Assembly: GCA_010356995.1 (NCBI GenBank)
Contig: ML996690.1
Span: 79,101 to 143,100, forward strand
DNA length: 64,000 nt
Reading direction: 5' to 3'
Source: Trichodelitschia bisporula
Taxonomy: Eukaryota
How positions within the stretch are numbered: position 1 is the first letter of the stretch; each line of letters begins with the position of its first letter. Below, in pieces: positions 62,012-64,000 of this stretch. Made by a program: the position numbers and the translations under genes. The notes beneath the pieces were generated by a model that saw nothing but the letters and a program-made list of their open reading frames with translations, was not told the DNA's origin and searched no databases.

Positions 62012-64000
62012 ATGGCATCTCCCAGCCTCGCCACGTCATCCTCTACCTCCACCTCTTCCGTACCCTCCGCCTCTCCAACCGCAGCTTCACCACACCCCCG
62101 ACCAGACCTCCTCCACCCCGACAGACACACCATGACCGACCGACGCTCCCCGCGCACCTCCAGCGAAGACAACCGAGACCCAGACCCAGAAAAACCCCTC
62201 CGCCGCCCCAAAACCCGTAAACCAGGCGGCTTCCTGCTGCCCTCCGCGCTGCGCTTCTCCCCCGAGCCCGAGGACCCACGCACCGAGAACAATGACAAAG
62301 GGAAGAAGAAGGCGGACTCAAAGCGCACGCCCCACAAACTGCTCCCGTATAATCGTGCTGGCGTCAGGGCGTCGATACGCAGCTCGCCGCTGTCGCAAGT
62401 CGAATCCACAGTGCCGACCGACGGCGAGGACGGGCCGGCGGCCACACAATCACACGTGCGGGACTACGGGCGAGACAGCTCCGACAACGGCGAGGAAGCA
62501 GCGCAGCCCGCCTCCGCCATCGACCCCGCCCAAATCGTCAGCATGGCGCTGAACCTCAGCGAAAGCCGCCGCCGCAACTTCAGCGCAGGCCACTTGCTTC
62601 CGCCCCCATCGCCGAACCCGCGCCGCGTCACGTCGGCCGCGCAGCACGCGGCGAACACTGCGAAACTGCAAGGGAGCTATCAAGGCCAGAGTGCCGGCGG
62701 GAATCTGCGTCATCACCTGCAGCACCAGCGCCAGCCGCGGAATGTTTCGCCCGAGAACCGGCGGCACGGCGTCTCGCGCCACTCGTCGAATGCCTACCCG
62801 ACTCCCGGGTTTCTGGATTCAGCGGGCTCGGCTCGCGCGGTGCCCGATTTCCAGTATCATTTCTCGGCGGCGACGCTAGCGAGGGCGGAAAAGGCACGGC
62901 AAGCCATCGAGCTGTCGCTCGAGTTCCGCCGCTTGCTGCAGTACCTCCCCCAACTAAAGCCAGACCACAGCGCACCGGGCAACTTCCTGCTAGCAACATC
63001 CAGCGTCCCCGGCACCGCGGGCGTGGACCTCAGCCGCACGCTCTCGTCCAGCAGTTATCGGCACGACCTCGGCCGAACCTACAACCCCTTGCAACTAATC
63101 CGCAACCGCAAGCTGCGTGCCCGGACACGCAACCCTCTAAACCCCGATATCGATTACTGGGAAGATTCAGCCCGCGTCCGCGAGTGGGTCGATGCGGTGG
63201 AGGACGCCGCCCGCCGCCCCGGCTATAGGGGTGACGACACAGTGATCCTGCCTCCCTACCCGGTGGACGGCGAAATCATCCGCGCGGATGAAGGCCCGGT
63301 GCGAGGGCATAGAAGGAACGAGGGGAGTATCAGCAAGCCCAAGCGCCCGCGCATGGACTGGTTCACCTGCCCCTCTGAACTGCTCGCCGACGCGTACTGG
63401 CTCGAGCAAGGGCATAATAAGGCGCTTATCGAAGACAAGGCAGGCGCGCGCATCTTCCCGCAGAAACGCAGTCTCGAGTCCCTCCGCCCGCGCGCCAGCC
63501 ACGAGAGCCGCCGCAGCCATTCGGGGTCAGTGCATTTATCCACCGGATCGGTAGACGACGAAACAGACCCCGAAGCCCACGCACAGCGCGGCCGCATCCG
63601 CCCCCTCGGCACGCATTCCCGCGACAATTCCCGCGGTATCAAGGGGGTGTTCCACCGCGCGCGCGCCCGCTCCCGCTCCGCCGACGCGCTATCAAGTTCA
63701 GACGAGGGATCCAACGCCACGGGCCGGCGGCACCGCCTCAGCGACGACGAGGCACAAGCACTCGACCCGCTCGAGAAACGCTTAACGAATTTCCTGGCCG
63801 GGACTGCTGCGGCCTCAGGCGCGGGCGCGCACCAAGATGGCTCACCCTTGCTCAGCCCCGGGACGCCGAATAAGTGGGGTGCGGATCTGCACGACGGCGC
63901 GGTGCGTCCAGAGCGCTCGCCCGCGCGGATCGGAATCGTCGAGCCGCCAGGGGATGACGCGAGTGCGCCGGGTTCGCCCGCGGAGGCGAGGCAACTCACG
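62012..64000 (+). CDS. Conserved fungal protein, Mtc4-like; 3' end outside window
   Basis: Open frame from ATG 62012 containing IDPAQIVSMALNLSESRRRN, TLARAEKAR, GRTYNPLQLIRNRKLRAR and ELLADAYWLEQ. Confidence 0.75.
   Translation, partial: MASPSLATSSSTSTSSVPSASPTAASPHPRPDLLHPDRHTMTDRRSPRTSSEDNRDPDPEKPLRRPKTRKPGGFLLPSALRFSPEPEDPRTENNDKGKKKADSKRTPHKLLPYNRAGVRASIRSSPLSQVESTVPTDGEDGPAATQSHVRDYGRDSSDNGEEAAQPASAIDPAQIVSMALNLSESRRRNFSAGHLLPPPSPNPRRVTSAAQHAANTAKLQGSYQGQSAGGNLRHHLQHQRQPRNVSPENRRHGVSRHSSNAYPTPGFLDSAGSARAVPDFQYHFSAATLARAEKARQAIELSLEFRRLLQYLPQLKPDHSAPGNFLLATSSVPGTAGVDLSRTLSSSSYRHDLGRTYNPLQLIRNRKLRARTRNPLNPDIDYWEDSARVREWVDAVEDAARRPGYRGDDTVILPPYPVDGEIIRADEGPVRGHRRNEGSISKPKRPRMDWFTCPSELLADAYWLEQGHNKALIEDKAGARIFPQKRSLESLRPRASHESRRSHSGSVHLSTGSVDDETDPEAHAQRGRIRPLGTHSRDNSRGIKGVFHRARARSRSADALSSSDEGSNATGRRHRLSDDEAQALDPLEKRLTNFLAGTAAASGAGAHQDGSPLLSPGTPNKWGADLHDGAVRPERSPARIGIVEPPGDDASAPGSPAEARQLT

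Overview
Gene-dense, intron-containing window from a filamentous ascomycete fungus (GT-AG introns with CTRAY branch points, dispersed 5S rDNA, intron-containing tRNA). Most of it is housekeeping or physiology genes: OST subunit SWP1, amidase, STE6-like ABC exporter, PBDC1, RPEL protein, ZIP zinc transporter, opsin, HYPK, class II DAHP synthase, SSADH, Sso syntaxin, NPT1, glutaminyl cyclase, LaeA-like methyltransferase, PTH11-like receptor and an Mtc4-like protein. The most striking part is the left end. On the minus strand, an intact 5S rRNA gene (4598-4481) is followed by a second 5S copy that breaks off after 17 nt (4303-4287). About 325 bp later comes the N-terminus of a DUF3435-like tyrosine recombinase ('captain', truncated), then a PNP_UDP-NACHT-WD40 NLR that runs off the window. 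This is the layout expected for the 5' end of a derelict Starship giant transposon inserted into 5S rDNA. Other notable items: an opsin with an unusual helix-C motif (R82H, DTQ); a Mutator/FAR1 DNA-binding domain fused to a GATase-like domain carrying an inserted RRM; a stand-alone CFEM gene divergent from a CFEM-less PTH11-like receptor; a dispersed pair of decayed paralogues (one carrying a 186-bp MITE) next to a PD-(D/E)XK-like pseudogene; a fold-back element; and ZafA-like zinc-response motifs. All family assignments come from reading motifs by eye; no searches were run.
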